Part shown: piece by piece, positions 19,325 to 30,331 of the stretch
Layout: each line of letters begins with the position of its first letter
How positions within the stretch are numbered: position 1 is the first letter of the stretch
Sequence record: SRR22947725_1140
DNA length: 41,366 nucleotides
Strand: one strand, 5' to 3'
Notes under the pieces: model-generated
What the model was told of the DNA's origin: nothing
The model's database searches: none
What the model saw: only the letters and a program-made list of their open reading frames with translations
Program-made: the position numbers and the translations under genes

Positions 19325-20481
19325 TAACTAATATTGGAAACTGGGTTAAGGACTCTGATACCAAAAAAATAACTAAAATTTTTATTGATAAAGGTTACGA
19401 AATCTACTTTGTTGGAGGTTGTGTAAGAGATTCCTTACTAGGATATCCTGTAACAGATATTGATATGTCAACTACGGCTCTCCCAGATAGCATTATGCAA
19501 ATTGCCAAAGCCAACAATTTAAGGGCAATCCCAACAGGAATAAAACACGGAACAGTAACAATAGTAAATAATAACAAACCGTATCAAATAACGACCTTTC
19601 GAAAAGATGTCACAACAGACGGTAGGCATGCAAACGTTTCATATTCTAATGATATAATAACTGATGCCAACCGGCGGGATTTTACAATAAATGCCCTATA
19701 TGCTGACGCTGATGGCAATCTTATTGACCCATTAAAAGGTGTTAACGATCTTTATAGTAAAATCATAAAATTTATATTTAACCCAAAAAAAAGAATTCTT
19801 GAAGATAATCTTCGTATCTTACGTTTTTTTAGGTTTCATGCCTGGTATGGCGATCCAAGTAAAAGCCTTGACCCTGACAGTCTAAATGCCTGCGCTTATT
19901 ATAAGGGGAAAGTAGCCACACTTTCAAATGAACGCGTAGGAACAGAAATGAAAAAAATTATGTCTGCTCCAAACCCGATTTCAAGCTTAGAGGCAATGAA
20001 TATAGCAGGAGTATTGGAATTGGTAATGCCAAAAGCATCCACTAATCAATTAAGTGCATTACTACAACTTGAGAACAAACATCAAAGAGGCGTACACTGG
20101 ACAACACGCGCTGCGATAATGACCAGTGCAGAGTTAAAAAACATATGGAAAGTTTCTAAAATTGATCATAAAAAACTAAGGAATCTTCAAAAGCTTAAAG
20201 CAAGTAAAGATAAAATTTCGAAAATTTCTTATCTGTACGGTGAAGAATTTTCTTGGCAATACGCAATATTAAAATATGCCTCTTTAAACAAAGATATTCC
20301 TAATAATATCTGCCTTGAAATAAAAAGGGGCGCAAATGCATTATTCCCAATCAAATCTTGTGACTTAATTAATGATTTTGAAGGGCCAGAACTCGGGAAG
20401 AAAATAAAAGAGTTACAACATGCTTGGATAAATTCAAATTTTTCCCTAACAAGAGAGGAATTACTGAATTTAACTTTCTAA
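19321..20481 (+). CDS. cca: CCA-adding tRNA nucleotidyltransferase
   Basis: VGGCVRD..DID, GIKHGT, RRDFTINA, EDNLRILRFFRF. ATG 19321 overlaps the nudL stop. Confidence 0.9.
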   Translation: MITNIGNWVKDSDTKKITKIFIDKGYEIYFVGGCVRDSLLGYPVTDIDMSTTALPDSIMQIAKANNLRAIPTGIKHGTVTIVNNNKPYQITTFRKDVTTDGRHANVSYSNDIITDANRRDFTINALYADADGNLIDPLKGVNDLYSKIIKFIFNPKKRILEDNLRILRFFRFHAWYGDPSKSLDPDSLNACAYYKGKVATLSNERVGTEMKKIMSAPNPISSLEAMNIAGVLELVMPKASTNQLSALLQLENKHQRGVHWTTRAAIMTSAELKNIWKVSKIDHKKLRNLQKLKASKDKISKISYLYGEEFSWQYAILKYASLNKDIPNNICLEIKRGANALFPIKSCDLINDFEGPELGKKIKELQHAWINSNFSLTREELLNLTF

Positions 20482-20568
20482 TAAAAAAATTATACTTTAA
20501 ATTCATATTTTTTAACCATAAAAGCTTCTAGTCCATCCAACATAGAGGTATTTAAAGAGAGCTAAAGC

Positions 20569-22413
20569 TTGAAAATTTTTAATTTGATAAATGCATTCCA
20601 ACCAGCTTCTGGCCCACCTCCAAAGACAATGTTTGCTTTTTTTTGTTGGGCATTATCTGGTTCATGGTTAATGTTATCAGTTGCCTTTATGATTTCTGCA
20701 TTAGCAGGAATCTTAGAGGTATTTACTGCACTACTGCTTGGGTCCTTAATTGACAAAGCTATTAGCGCTGGTCCAATCGATTTTTTTTATAATCACCTTG
20801 TTTATATTATTGGCTTTGTAGCATTTTTTATTGTCATACGTCCCCTAGCATTTGGTATGTCATCGGCTGCCAATGCCATCTTTGTTACCCCAAATATAAA
20901 TCCACTTACCTTATCTCGTCTTCATAGATGGACAATGGGCCAAGCTGTTACTTTTTTTGATGAAGATTTTGCAGGACGCATTGCACAAAAGCAAATGCAA
21001 ACATCTAGGGCGTTAACTGATGTGGTAACCGAAATTGTAAATGTAGGGGCATTTTCTTTAGCTTCACTTGTAGGCTCAGTACTCTTGCTAATCACGATAG
21101 ATCTTAGAATGTCTGGTGTATTAATTGTCTGGTTAATTTTATATCTTCTTTTGATTAAAGCATTTCTTCCAAAAGTACGTAGACAATCTGCTGAGCGTGC
21201 AGGGGCTCGAGCAAATGTTTCAGGGCAAGTAGTGGATACCATCACAAACATAAAGACTGTAAAACTTTTTTCACATGCAGAACATGAGGACCATGTAGCA
21301 CTTAAATCAATGGAGATTTTTAGAAGAAAAGCAATCTCTTTTGGGATTACCTCTGCAGTTTTCCGTCTCTGTTTAATGACAATAGCTGGTATTCTTCCAG
21401 TAGCCCTAATAGGTGGCACAGTTTTCCTCTGGTCAAATGGGAACGCCTCTATAGGAGAAATTACAGCTTCAGGAGCGGTTGCCATTCGTATAGCTCAAAT
21501 GACTGGGTGGGTAAGCTTCACGCTAATGACAATATATGCAAATATTGGGGAAGTAGAAGATGGTATCCGTACTTTGTCACCTCCACATACCCTCGTTAAT
21601 AAAAAGGATGCTGAACCATTAAAGGTTAAAAATGGTGAGATAGTCATAAAAAATATATCATTCACCTACGGTCAAAAAGCCAGTGGGCTACACAACTTAA
21701 GTTTGACCATAAAAAAGGGGGAAAAGCTTGGAGTAGTTGGCGCGTCTGGTGCTGGAAAGTCTACATTAGTAGCCTTACTATTAAGACTTTATGATACTGA
21801 GTTAGGCACTATTTCTATAGATGGTCAAAATATAAAAAAAGTTACTCAGGAAAGTCTAAGGCGTAATATTGGGTTCGTAACCCAAGAAACTGCGATGTTT
21901 AACAGATCTGCGAGAGATAATATTTTATATGGTAGACCTAATGCGACCGAACTAGAATTACTAAGGGCCTCAAAGGACGCAGAAGCACACGAATTTATCA
22001 CTGAGTTAATAGATCATTCAGGAAGAACTTCCTATGATGCGCACTTGGGAGAACGTGGGGTAAGGTTATCTGGTGGTCAAAAACAGCGAATTGCAGTGGC
22101 TCGAGCAATACTAAAAGACGCTCCTATATTAATTCTAGATGAAGCAACAAGCGCTTTAGACAGTGAAATCGAGGCTAGTATTCAATTGGCGCTCCAGCGA
22201 GCAATGAAACATAAAACTGTAATAGCAATTGCTCACCGACTATCCACTATCGTTAATATGGACAGAATTATTGTTCTTAAAAAAGGGAAAATTGCCGAGG
22301 CAGGCACTCATATCGAGCTTTTAAAAAAACGCGGTTTATACTATATGTATTGGGAGAGACAGTCTGGTGGGTTTATTGGTGTAAACCCTAAAAATTTGTC
22401 TAATCAACTATGA
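20569..22413 (+). CDS. ABC exporter, fused permease/ATPase
   Basis: TM domain, then Walker A GASGAGKST, LSGGQ, Walker B ILILDEATSALD, IAHRLST. Confidence 0.93.
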   Translation: MKIFNLINAFQPASGPPPKTMFAFFCWALSGSWLMLSVAFMISALAGILEVFTALLLGSLIDKAISAGPIDFFYNHLVYIIGFVAFFIVIRPLAFGMSSAANAIFVTPNINPLTLSRLHRWTMGQAVTFFDEDFAGRIAQKQMQTSRALTDVVTEIVNVGAFSLASLVGSVLLLITIDLRMSGVLIVWLILYLLLIKAFLPKVRRQSAERAGARANVSGQVVDTITNIKTVKLFSHAEHEDHVALKSMEIFRRKAISFGITSAVFRLCLMTIAGILPVALIGGTVFLWSNGNASIGEITASGAVAIRIAQMTGWVSFTLMTIYANIGEVEDGIRTLSPPHTLVNKKDAEPLKVKNGEIVIKNISFTYGQKASGLHNLSLTIKKGEKLGVVGASGAGKSTLVALLLRLYDTELGTISIDGQNIKKVTQESLRRNIGFVTQETAMFNRSARDNILYGRPNATELELLRASKDAEAHEFITELIDHSGRTSYDAHLGERGVRLSGGQKQRIAVARAILKDAPILILDEATSALDSEIEASIQLALQRAMKHKTVIAIAHRLSTIVNMDRIIVLKKGKIAEAGTHIELLKKRGLYYMYWERQSGGFIGVNPKNLSNQL

Positions 22414-23612
22414 TTAAATCAATTATCTTAACATTAAACGATAGAGCAGAAGGCGTAACAGCTGATGGCACTAGAGTGCCTAGAGCTCTTCCTGGAGAGG
22501 AAATTACACTAAGTAAAGAAAATCAATTTAAAATAGTTCTTCCATCCAAAGATCGTATTACACCCGTTTGCACCCATTATAAGAGTTGTGGTGGTTGCTC
22601 TATACAACATGTGACCCAGAGCTTCATAAAAGAGTGGAAGTCAAATGTAATCAAATCATGTTTAAGTGCTAGAGGTATCGAAACAATTATAAAACCCATT
22701 TTAACTTCAGAAATAAACTCTCGACGCAGGGTCACACTACACGGAATGAAAACAAAAAAAAGTGTAACAGTTGGATTCTTTAAAAAAAATACTCATGAGT
22801 TAATATCAACTCCTTCATGTGAGCTTGTAGATCCTGAAATACTTTCAGCCTTTAGCCTTTTTGAAGAGATTACTCTACTAGGAGCAACTCGAAAATCTAT
22901 AATAGAAATCTCTGTCACTGTTTCTAAGGTAGGCTTAGATTTAAATATCCTAAATGGAAAAAAGTTAGAAAATCAAAGCATAATGAAAATAACAGCCTTA
23001 TGTGAGAACTTTAATGTAGCCCGTATTACCTGGAACGAAGATCTTTTAGCAAATTTTTTGAATCCAACAATAGAGTTTCAAGGGATAGCCATAACACCTC
23101 CTCCAAATGCTTTCTTACAAGCCACAGAGGAGGGTCAAGAAATATTAATTGAAAATGCTATGCTTTCAGTATTTAATTCTGATAAAGTAATTGATTTATT
23201 CTCAGGCTGTGGAACCTTCACATTGCCAGCTGCCAAAAGATCTGAAGTTCTAGCTATTGATAAAACAAAATCAATGCTTTCAGCAATTGAGCAAGCCTGG
23301 CGTGAAACTTCAGGCTTGAAAAAGGTAACAAGTCGGTCACAGGACTTGTTCAAAGAACCTGTAGGAAAGGAAGAACTAAACTCATTTGACTCAGCAATAA
23401 TTGATCCTCCAAGGGTTGGGGCTGAGGCACAAAGCCGTGAGTTAGCCCAGTCGAACATAAAACGTATTTCATCCGTTTCTTGTAACCCAAAAACTTTTTC
23501 TAGAGATGCTAAAATACTCGTAGATAGTGGTTTTAAGCTGGATTGGGTTCAGCCTATAGATCAATTTCTTTGGTCTTCTCATATAGAGCTTGTAGCTCAG
23601 TTTTCACGATAA
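22410..23612 (+). CDS. rlmD: RNA m5U methyltransferase, RlmD/TrmA family
   Basis: Fe-S motif CTHYKSCGGC, AFLQA, DLFSGCGTF, DPPRVG, catalytic VSCNP, HIE. Confidence 0.82.
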   Translation: MIKSIILTLNDRAEGVTADGTRVPRALPGEEITLSKENQFKIVLPSKDRITPVCTHYKSCGGCSIQHVTQSFIKEWKSNVIKSCLSARGIETIIKPILTSEINSRRRVTLHGMKTKKSVTVGFFKKNTHELISTPSCELVDPEILSAFSLFEEITLLGATRKSIIEISVTVSKVGLDLNILNGKKLENQSIMKITALCENFNVARITWNEDLLANFLNPTIEFQGIAITPPPNAFLQATEEGQEILIENAMLSVFNSDKVIDLFSGCGTFTLPAAKRSEVLAIDKTKSMLSAIEQAWRETSGLKKVTSRSQDLFKEPVGKEELNSFDSAIIDPPRVGAEAQSRELAQSNIKRISSVSCNPKTFSRDAKILVDSGFKLDWVQPIDQFLWSSHIELVAQFSR

Positions 23613-23617
23613 ATTAG

Positions 23618-25531
23618 TTATTTACTACATCCTTTAAGCAAACTTAGAATCTTATCTTTAATATGGGAAGCATTCATTCCAGCTACCGTATACATCTGTT
23701 CTGGGGTAGCTTGATCAATAAATATGTCTGGTAAAACCATAGACCTAAACTTCAAACCTTTATCAAAGATCCCCTTTTCAAGTAAAAGCTGGGTAACATG
23801 ACTTCCAAATCCGCCAATAGCTCCCTCTTCAATTGTTAGAAGAGCCTCATGATGATTAGCTAATTGGAGTATAAGTTTTTCATCTAAAGGCTTAGCAAAT
23901 CTAGCATCGCAAACAGTAACTTTTATACCATCATCTTCCAGTTCTTCTACTGCCTTTTGCACCTCATATAATCTTGTTCCAAATGATAAAACAGCAATGT
24001 GATTTCCTTCAGAGATTAGGCGTCCCTTACCAACTTCTATTGCTTTCCCGTAAGCTGGTAAATCAACCCCTACTCCAACACCTCGAGGAAACCTGACTGC
24101 ACAAGGACCATCATCTATTTGAACAGTAGTCGCTACCATCTTCATAAGCTCAGCTTCATCTGATGCCGCCATAACAATCATACCAGGAAGGTTGGACAAA
24201 AAAGATATATCATATGATCCCGCGTGAGTTGCTCCATCTGCTCCAACCAACCCTGCCCGATCTATAGCAAACCTAACTGGAAGCCTTTGAATGGCAACGT
24301 CATGCACAATTTGATCATAACCACGTTGTAAAAAAGTTGAGTAAATAGCACAGTATGGCTTCATTCCAGCCGCAGCCAATCCTGCTGAAAATGTTACTGC
24401 ATGTTGCTCTGCTATACCAACGTCAAAACACCGACTAGGGAATTTCTTATTAAATAAATCCAGCCCAGTACCATCTGGCATTGCAGCCGTTATCGCTACA
24501 ATCTTATCATCTTTTTTAGCAGCACATATCAGAGACTCGGCAAAGACTTTAGTGTACGTGGGCGCATTGGAAGAGTTTTCTTTTACCTTCCCCGTGTCTA
24601 AATCAAACTTTGATATAGCATGACCTTTGTCATTTGACTGTTCCGCCGGAAGGTAACCTTTACCTTTCTTAGTAATTATATGTATTAGAGTAGGACCGTC
24701 AGCCTGCTCTTTTAAAGCCCGCAAGACTTCAAGTAGCTGATTTAAATCATGCCCATCTATTGGTCCAACATATGAAAAACCTAACTCCTCAAATAGTGTG
24801 CCTCCTACTGCAAAACCCTTTAAAGCATCCTTTGCTCTTTTTGCACCCTCTTTAAATGGTTCAGGCAAAAAGGAGGCTGCCCCTTTTGCAACAGACTTCA
24901 ACTCTTGAAAAGGTTTCCCTGTATAAAGCCTGGCAAGATAGGAGGACATGGCACCCACTGGTGGTGCAATAGACATATCATTATCATTTAAAATAACAAA
25001 AAGCCGCTTTTTTAGGTGACCTGCATTATTCATAGCTTCATACGCCATACCCGCACTAATTGCTCCATCACCAATTACCGCTATGCAATCTCCAAGACCT
25101 GTTTCAGTTTCCCCCCCTAAATCCCTTGCTACAGCCATTCCAAGTGCCGCTGAAATCGACGTTGAACTATGAGCAGCACCAAAAGGATCATAAGGGCTTT
25201 CACTTCGCTTAGTAAAACCACTTAACCCATTTTTGCTTCTCAAAGTAAGCATCTGATCTCTTCGACCTGTCAAAATTTTATGTGGATAAGTCTGATGACT
25301 TACATCCCAAATCAATTGATCCTTTGGAGTTTCAAAAACTGCATGAAGGGCTACTGTAAGTTCCACAACTCCCAATCCAGCACCAAGGTGTCCACCAGTT
25401 TTAGAAACAGTAGAAATGGTTTCTGTTCGCAACTCATCTGCCAGAGCGCCCAACTCCACATCAGAAAATTTCTTTAAATCTGTAGGTATTTTTACTCGAT
25501 CAAGGTGTGGTGTTTTTGATAATTTCTTCAT
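23618..25531 (-). CDS. dxs: 1-deoxy-D-xylulose-5-phosphate synthase
   Basis: [32 protein letters not shown] motif, [20 protein letters not shown]. Confidence 0.97.
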   Translation of the reverse strand: MKKLSKTPHLDRVKIPTDLKKFSDVELGALADELRTETISTVSKTGGHLGAGLGVVELTVALHAVFETPKDQLIWDVSHQTYPHKILTGRRDQMLTLRSKNGLSGFTKRSESPYDPFGAAHSSTSISAALGMAVARDLGGETETGLGDCIAVIGDGAISAGMAYEAMNNAGHLKKRLFVILNDNDMSIAPPVGAMSSYLARLYTGKPFQELKSVAKGAASFLPEPFKEGAKRAKDALKGFAVGGTLFEELGFSYVGPIDGHDLNQLLEVLRALKEQADGPTLIHIITKKGKGYLPAEQSNDKGHAISKFDLDTGKVKENSSNAPTYTKVFAESLICAAKKDDKIVAITAAMPDGTGLDLFNKKFPSRCFDVGIAEQHAVTFSAGLAAAGMKPYCAIYSTFLQRGYDQIVHDVAIQRLPVRFAIDRAGLVGADGATHAGSYDISFLSNLPGMIVMAASDEAELMKMVATTVQIDDGPCAVRFPRGVGVGVDLPAYGKAIEVGKGRLISEGNHIAVLSFGTRLYEVQKAVEELEDDGIKVTVCDARFAKPLDEKLILQLANHHEALLTIEEGAIGGFGSHVTQLLLEKGIFDKGLKFRSMVLPDIFIDQATPEQMYTVAGMNASHIKDKILSLLKGCSK

Positions 25532-25548
25532 AAAGTTTCTTTCAGGCC

Positions 25549-26415
25549 CTATAGCTCTCGCGAGATAACAAATTGTGCAGCAGCCTTCAAGTTCTCCGAT
25601 GATACTGGGAGCGCCTCCAATTCATTTATGGCTTGATCAATCAACTGCTTAGCTTGTTCTTTAGCGCCCTCTAAACCTAATAAAGTTACAAAAGTAGCTT
25701 TACCAGAAACTTTATCTTTGCGAAGCTTTTTGCCTACTTTACCTACCCCACCTTCGACATCCAAGATATCATCTTGAACCTGAAAAGCCAAACCAAGAAG
25801 ACGTGCATATTGCCTCAGCGAATTGTTATCTTTTTTTGCCATTACCGGTCCAACCTGAGCTGACCATTCTATCAACGCACCTGTTTTCTTACCTTGTAAG
25901 TTTGAAATAGAGTCCAAATCATAAACTGTAGTCATTTTTTCTGCATCCATATCCAACACTTGACCTAAAATCATACCGCTAGCTCCAATTGCTTTTGTTA
26001 ATGTGGATATTAAATCTAATCGAACCTGTGGATCTTTTGATGTTTTAACATCGGATAGAATTTCAAAAGCAAGTGTTTGAAGTGCATCCCCCGTAAGAAC
26101 CGCTGTTGCCTCATCCCATCGAACATGCACTGTTGGTTTACCACGCCGAAGGTCGTCATCATCCATGCAAGGAAGATCGTCATGAATTAGTGAATATGCG
26201 TGAATTGCCTCAGCTGCTGTAGCTACGCGGAGCACTTCATTAATCGATAAATTATAAATCTTAGCACTCTCAACAGCCAAAAAAGCCCTTAAACATTTTC
26301 CTCCAGAGAAAGCATGTAACATAGGAGCAAATAATTTCTTGTCAAAACTAGAAATAGACTCTTCGAAAATAGTTTTTACACACTCTTGGGTGTCAGAAAG
26401 CACAGAAAGGAACAT
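25549..26415 (-). CDS. ispA: Farnesyl diphosphate synthase / geranyltranstransferase
   Basis: [41 protein letters not shown]. Lies in the xseB-ispA-dxs order. Confidence 0.94.
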   Translation of the reverse strand: MFLSVLSDTQECVKTIFEESISSFDKKLFAPMLHAFSGGKCLRAFLAVESAKIYNLSINEVLRVATAAEAIHAYSLIHDDLPCMDDDDLRRGKPTVHVRWDEATAVLTGDALQTLAFEILSDVKTSKDPQVRLDLISTLTKAIGASGMILGQVLDMDAEKMTTVYDLDSISNLQGKKTGALIEWSAQVGPVMAKKDNNSLRQYARLLGLAFQVQDDILDVEGGVGKVGKKLRKDKVSGKATFVTLLGLEGAKEQAKQLIDQAINELEALPVSSENLKAAAQFVISREL

Positions 26416-26417
26416 CT

Positions 26418-26663
26418 CTATTTTCTTTCAATCTCTGTTACTGCTCCTGTAGAGTTTCCATCTTTATCTAAAGTTATCTTTTGCACTTTTTCTTCTGCAT
26501 CCATTAATTTTTTTTCACATCTTTTCTTTAATTCAGCCCCTCGTTCATAAAGTTTTATAGAATCCTCCAGAGGCACATTCCCTCTCTCAAGTTGCCCAAT
26601 AACTTCCTCAAGTTCACTCATTGCTTCTTCAAAAGACATCTCTGATACTAAAATCTCAGTCAT
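26418..26663 (-). CDS. xseB: Exodeoxyribonuclease VII small subunit
   Basis: SFEEAMSELEEVIGQLE.G.VPLEDSIKLYERG. Confidence 0.95.
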   Translation of the reverse strand: MTEILVSEMSFEEAMSELEEVIGQLERGNVPLEDSIKLYERGAELKKRCEKKLMDAEEKVQKITLDKDGNSTGAVTEIERK

Positions 26664-27597
26664 TTTTCCCTCTCTTTAACAAAACTTCTAAATGCACCCT
26701 TGCCGATGCAGCTAATGCATCAAGATCATAACCACCCTCTAGAGTCGAGACCAAGCGACCTCCACATAGTGTTTTAGCTAAATCACATAGACGGTGAGTG
26801 AGCCACTCAAAATCTTCTTCAAAAAGTTTTACCGTCGCCAAGGGATCAGATGAATGCGCATCGAATCCAGCCGAAATCAATAAAAGATCCGGTGAAAAAC
26901 TCTCCAAAGCTGGGAAAACCTTCTTTTCGTATAGTGTTCTAAAACATTGACTACTAGTATTTGGTTCCAAAGGAATATTCATAATATTGTTTTGAAGACC
27001 TTTTTCGCTAGCATAACCTGTTCCCGGGAAAAGTGGCATTTGATGGGACGACACGAACAAAACTCTTTCTTCATCCCATAGAATGTCTTGAGTTCCGTTT
27101 CCATGGTGAACGTCAAAATCAACTATAGCAACTTTTGACAACTGGTAGTGATCCAAAGCGTATTTGGCAGCAATGGCTACGTTTCCAAACAAACAGAAAC
27201 CCATTGCTCTTTCCTTTTCAGCATGATGCCCTGGAGGTCTAGTTATTACAAACGCATTAGCTGCTTCACTACTAAGAACCAAATCGACTCCCTTTATAAT
27301 CCCACCAACGCCTCTACGAGCAGCCAGTAGGGATCCCTGTGACATAAAGGTGTCGGCATCTAAAGAGACAACGTCACTACTAGGAGTAACTTTTTTAAGG
27401 TATTCTAAATATTTTTCTGAGTGTGCACGCAGTATATCTAAATCTTTGCCCAAAGGTGCTTCTATTTTCACTAAACTTGGGTTATCTATGTCTTCCAAAG
27501 CATCATTAATACTAACCAATCTTTCGAACTTCTCCGGGTGCTCCCCCGGAGTAATATGGCCTAAACAGTCCGTATGTGAAATTAAAACAGTTGTCAT
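26656..27597 (-). CDS. Histone deacetylase family (Zn-dependent deacylase)
   Basis: HPE, RPPGHHA, GFC, DFDVHHGNGT, SAGFD, LEGGY. Confidence 0.94.
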   Translation of the reverse strand: MTTVLISHTDCLGHITPGEHPEKFERLVSINDALEDIDNPSLVKIEAPLGKDLDILRAHSEKYLEYLKKVTPSSDVVSLDADTFMSQGSLLAARRGVGGIIKGVDLVLSSEAANAFVITRPPGHHAEKERAMGFCLFGNVAIAAKYALDHYQLSKVAIVDFDVHHGNGTQDILWDEERVLFVSSHQMPLFPGTGYASEKGLQNNIMNIPLEPNTSSQCFRTLYEKKVFPALESFSPDLLLISAGFDAHSSDPLATVKLFEEDFEWLTHRLCDLAKTLCGGRLVSTLEGGYDLDALAASARVHLEVLLKRGKND

Positions 27598-27615
27598 AAA
27601 AATTTACCTTTTTTC

Positions 27616-28326
27616 TTAATCTGGCGCCAACATATACCCAGAGCCCCGTACAGTTTGTATATATCTAGGTTGCTTAGAATCCACTTCAATTTTTCGACGT
27701 AGTCGTGTGACCTGTACATCTACTGCTCTTTCTTGAGCTTGACCCTTACCTCTACCTAGATCTTCTACTAGCTTCTCTCTTGAAATAGGTTCTCCAACGT
27801 TTGCGGAAAAAATTCGCATTAACGCAATTTCAGTTGTCGTCAACCTGATCAAAGTATCTCCACTCCATAGTTCTGCTCTAATAGTGTCATATGTTATTTT
27901 CCCTAAAGTAAAAAATAGTGGTAGCTCTACCACCTCCTGTTGGCGTGTAATTCGTCTTAAGATTGAATTTATTCGTAAAAGTAATTCCTGTGGTTCAAAT
28001 GGTTTGGCCAAATAATCATCTGCACCAGCTTCTAAACCTTTAATTCTATCAAAACTCTCACCCTTGGCAGTCAACAATAAAATAGGAGTTGTATCTTTGT
28101 GCCTCAATTCAGTAGTAAATTTAATACCATCATCTCCCGGCATCATTACGTCTAATACTATAAGGTCAAATTTTAGATTGGCTAATAATTTCCAGGCTTG
28201 CTTTGCATCTTTTGCAACAGATGCCCAATAGCCGTTCTGAGTTAAAAATTTCTTTAAAAGAGTTCTAATTCTTTCATCGTCGTCAACAACTAATATATGA
28301 GAACTTTCTGAAGTGAGGGAAACCAT
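27616..28326 (-). CDS. petR: OmpR-family response regulator (PetR-like)
   Basis: ILVVDDD, LDVMMPG, LLTAKG, GADDYLAKPF, winged helix RAVDVQVTRLRRKIE..IQTVRGSGY. Follows a PetP-like MarR gene; the symbol is tentative. Confidence 0.85.
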   Translation of the reverse strand: MVSLTSESSHILVVDDDERIRTLLKKFLTQNGYWASVAKDAKQAWKLLANLKFDLIVLDVMMPGDDGIKFTTELRHKDTTPILLLTAKGESFDRIKGLEAGADDYLAKPFEPQELLLRINSILRRITRQQEVVELPLFFTLGKITYDTIRAELWSGDTLIRLTTTEIALMRIFSANVGEPISREKLVEDLGRGKGQAQERAVDVQVTRLRRKIEVDSKQPRYIQTVRGSGYMLAPD

Positions 28327-28329
28327 TAT

Positions 28330-28836
28330 TTACTCTTTCAATAAACTATCAAATTGAGTTTTTACTTCATCGTCCATTAGACATTCTAAAACTTTTATAA
28401 ACCCTAGAATTGAGGCTGGACCTGCTTTCTTATAAGCGCTGTAAACTCTCCGTCGCTGAGCTTCCGATAGTTGCCTTTCCAAATTAAAACCTTTTTCAGT
28501 TAAATGGAGATGCCTTTCTCTTTTATCTTCTAGACCTATATCACTTCTAACCAGGCCATCTGATATTAATTTACGCAAAACTCTATTTAAAGACTGCTTA
28601 GTAACTCCTAAAATATTTAAAAGATTATTTACTGTTGTACCTGGACACCTATTAATAAAATGTACAGCTCGATGATGTGCTCTACCATAGTTGTGTTGCT
28701 CAAGAATCTTATCTGGATCTAATGTAAAACCTCGATAAGCAAAAAACATTGCTTCAATACCGAACCTAAGAGCATCATCAGTTAAAAAAACCTGTTCCTC
28801 GACTTCAGTACTGTCTGTACTATATTTATCTACCAT
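28330..28836 (-). CDS. petP: MarR-family regulator (PetP-like)
   Basis: FFAYRGFT..PD..L..GRAHHR, ILGVTKQSLNRVL, DKRER.L.LTEKG. The symbol is tentative. Confidence 0.85.
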   Translation of the reverse strand: MVDKYSTDSTEVEEQVFLTDDALRFGIEAMFFAYRGFTLDPDKILEQHNYGRAHHRAVHFINRCPGTTVNNLLNILGVTKQSLNRVLRKLISDGLVRSDIGLEDKRERHLHLTEKGFNLERQLSEAQRRRVYSAYKKAGPASILGFIKVLECLMDDEVKTQFDSLLKE

Positions 28837-28874
28837 TAGAACAACTTTTCTCTACTCTTTATTGAACTCAATTT

Positions 28875-28893
28875 ATGTCAGCCTTGTTGACAT
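28875..28893. promoter_or_regulatory. Palindromic operator candidate ATGTCA-N7-TGACAT
   Basis: Perfect 6-bp inverted repeat in the divergent petP/ilvE intergenic region. Confidence 0.6.
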
Positions 28894-29004
28894 TTCAAGA
28901 ATCAAATGATATCAAAAATCGATTTTACGTAATTTTATGTCTATCTATTATAGCATATGAGTAATAAATGAAAAGATACGTTAAAAAGTGAAAGGATTGC
29001 ATCA

Positions 29005-29874
29005 ATGACAGTGGCCTATGATAAGCGTGAAGGTTTAATCTGGATGGATGGAAAACTTATAAATTGGAAAGATGCTAATGTACACATTTTAACTCATGCA
29101 ATGCACTATGCTTCATCTGTTTTTGAAGGTGAAAGATGCTATAATGGAAAAATTTTTAAATCTAAACAGCACTCGGAAAGATTAAAAAGATCAGCATTAC
29201 TTATAGACTTTGAAGTTCCATACTCAATTGAGGAGATCGAAACTGCAAAAAAAGATGTGTTGAGAGCTAACAATCACAATGAAGCTTATGTTCGTGCTAT
29301 CGCGTGGCGAGGGGCTGGAGAAGACATGGGTGTAGCATCAGCAAAAAACCCTGTCAGATTGGCAATAGCTGCCTGGGAATGGGGAGCTTACTATGGTGAT
29401 GCTAAAATGAAAGGTGCCAAACTTGATATTTCTAAATGGAAACGTCCATCACCGGAAACGATTCCATGCGAAGCAAAAGCAGCTGGTCTTTATATGATAT
29501 GTACAATGTCTAAGCATGCGGCTGAAGCCAAAGGTTGCTCAGATGCTATGATGTTTGACTACAGGGGTTACGTTGCGGAAGCTACTGGGGCAAATATATT
29601 CTTTGTAAAAGACGGTGAGGTACATACACCAAAACCAGATTGTTTTCTTAATGGATTAACCCGGCAGACAGTTATAACAATGCTTAAAAAAAGAAATATT
29701 GTTGTGCATGAACGACATATAAGTCCCAGTGAGTTAGAGAGCTTTGAACAATGCTGGTTGACAGGTACAGCTGCTGAAGTAACCCCTGTTGGGGAGATCG
29801 GTGGCTACACATTCGATGTTGGGCATTTGACACAAGATATTTCAAAAAGTTATGACAGCCTTGTAAGAGACTAA
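29005..29874 (+). CDS. ilvE: Branched-chain amino acid aminotransferase
   Basis: HYASSVFEG, AKAAGLY (catalytic K158), VAEATGANIF (E192), LNGLTR, TGTAAEV. Confidence 0.93.
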   Translation: MTVAYDKREGLIWMDGKLINWKDANVHILTHAMHYASSVFEGERCYNGKIFKSKQHSERLKRSALLIDFEVPYSIEEIETAKKDVLRANNHNEAYVRAIAWRGAGEDMGVASAKNPVRLAIAAWEWGAYYGDAKMKGAKLDISKWKRPSPETIPCEAKAAGLYMICTMSKHAAEAKGCSDAMMFDYRGYVAEATGANIFFVKDGEVHTPKPDCFLNGLTRQTVITMLKKRNIVVHERHISPSELESFEQCWLTGTAAEVTPVGEIGGYTFDVGHLTQDISKSYDSLVRD

Positions 29875-29986
29875 CATTATAAGCCCAGGGTTTGTAAAAT
29901 TAAATATAAAAAATAATTATTAGAGATTATTTTCTTACAAACTAATCGAGTTGATTCTTTTACTTTTGAGAGTGATTGTATTGTGC

Positions 29987-30331
29987 ATGACTAATAATAA
30001 AACTGTAATTTCTTTAAATACCTCTTCATACGACCGAGTAGCTTTTAATAGAAAAGAGCTTAGTATAATTCTATCTATCTACGGTAGAATGGTTTCAGCA
30101 GGAGAATGGCGAGATTATGGAATATCAATGCTGAGACATATAGCTATTTTTTCTATATTTCGAAGGTCTGCAGAGCATCCAGTATTTACAATTCAGAAGA
30201 CTCCAAAACTTGCGAACAAGCAACAACTATATAGTGTTGTTGCGATGGACGGGAGAATTTTAAAAAGAGGGTCTAATTTAAAAACAGTCCTACAAGTTTT
30301 AGAAAAAAAATTAATCCGCGCTGTAAATTAA
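29987..30331 (+). CDS. DUF2794-like protein
   Basis: VAFNRKELSIILSIYGRMVSAGEWRDYGI, FSIFRR. ATG 29987 chosen over TTG 29951. Confidence 0.82.
   Translation: MTNNKTVISLNTSSYDRVAFNRKELSIILSIYGRMVSAGEWRDYGISMLRHIAIFSIFRRSAEHPVFTIQKTPKLANKQQLYSVVAMDGRILKRGSNLKTVLQVLEKKLIRAVN

Noticed and set aside
20922-21485. 187-aa - strand ORF
   Set aside because: Antisense shadow of the ABC exporter.
29877-29896. Weak hairpin after ilvE as a terminator
   Set aside because: It relies on several G-U pairs, has a tiny loop and lacks a U-tract.
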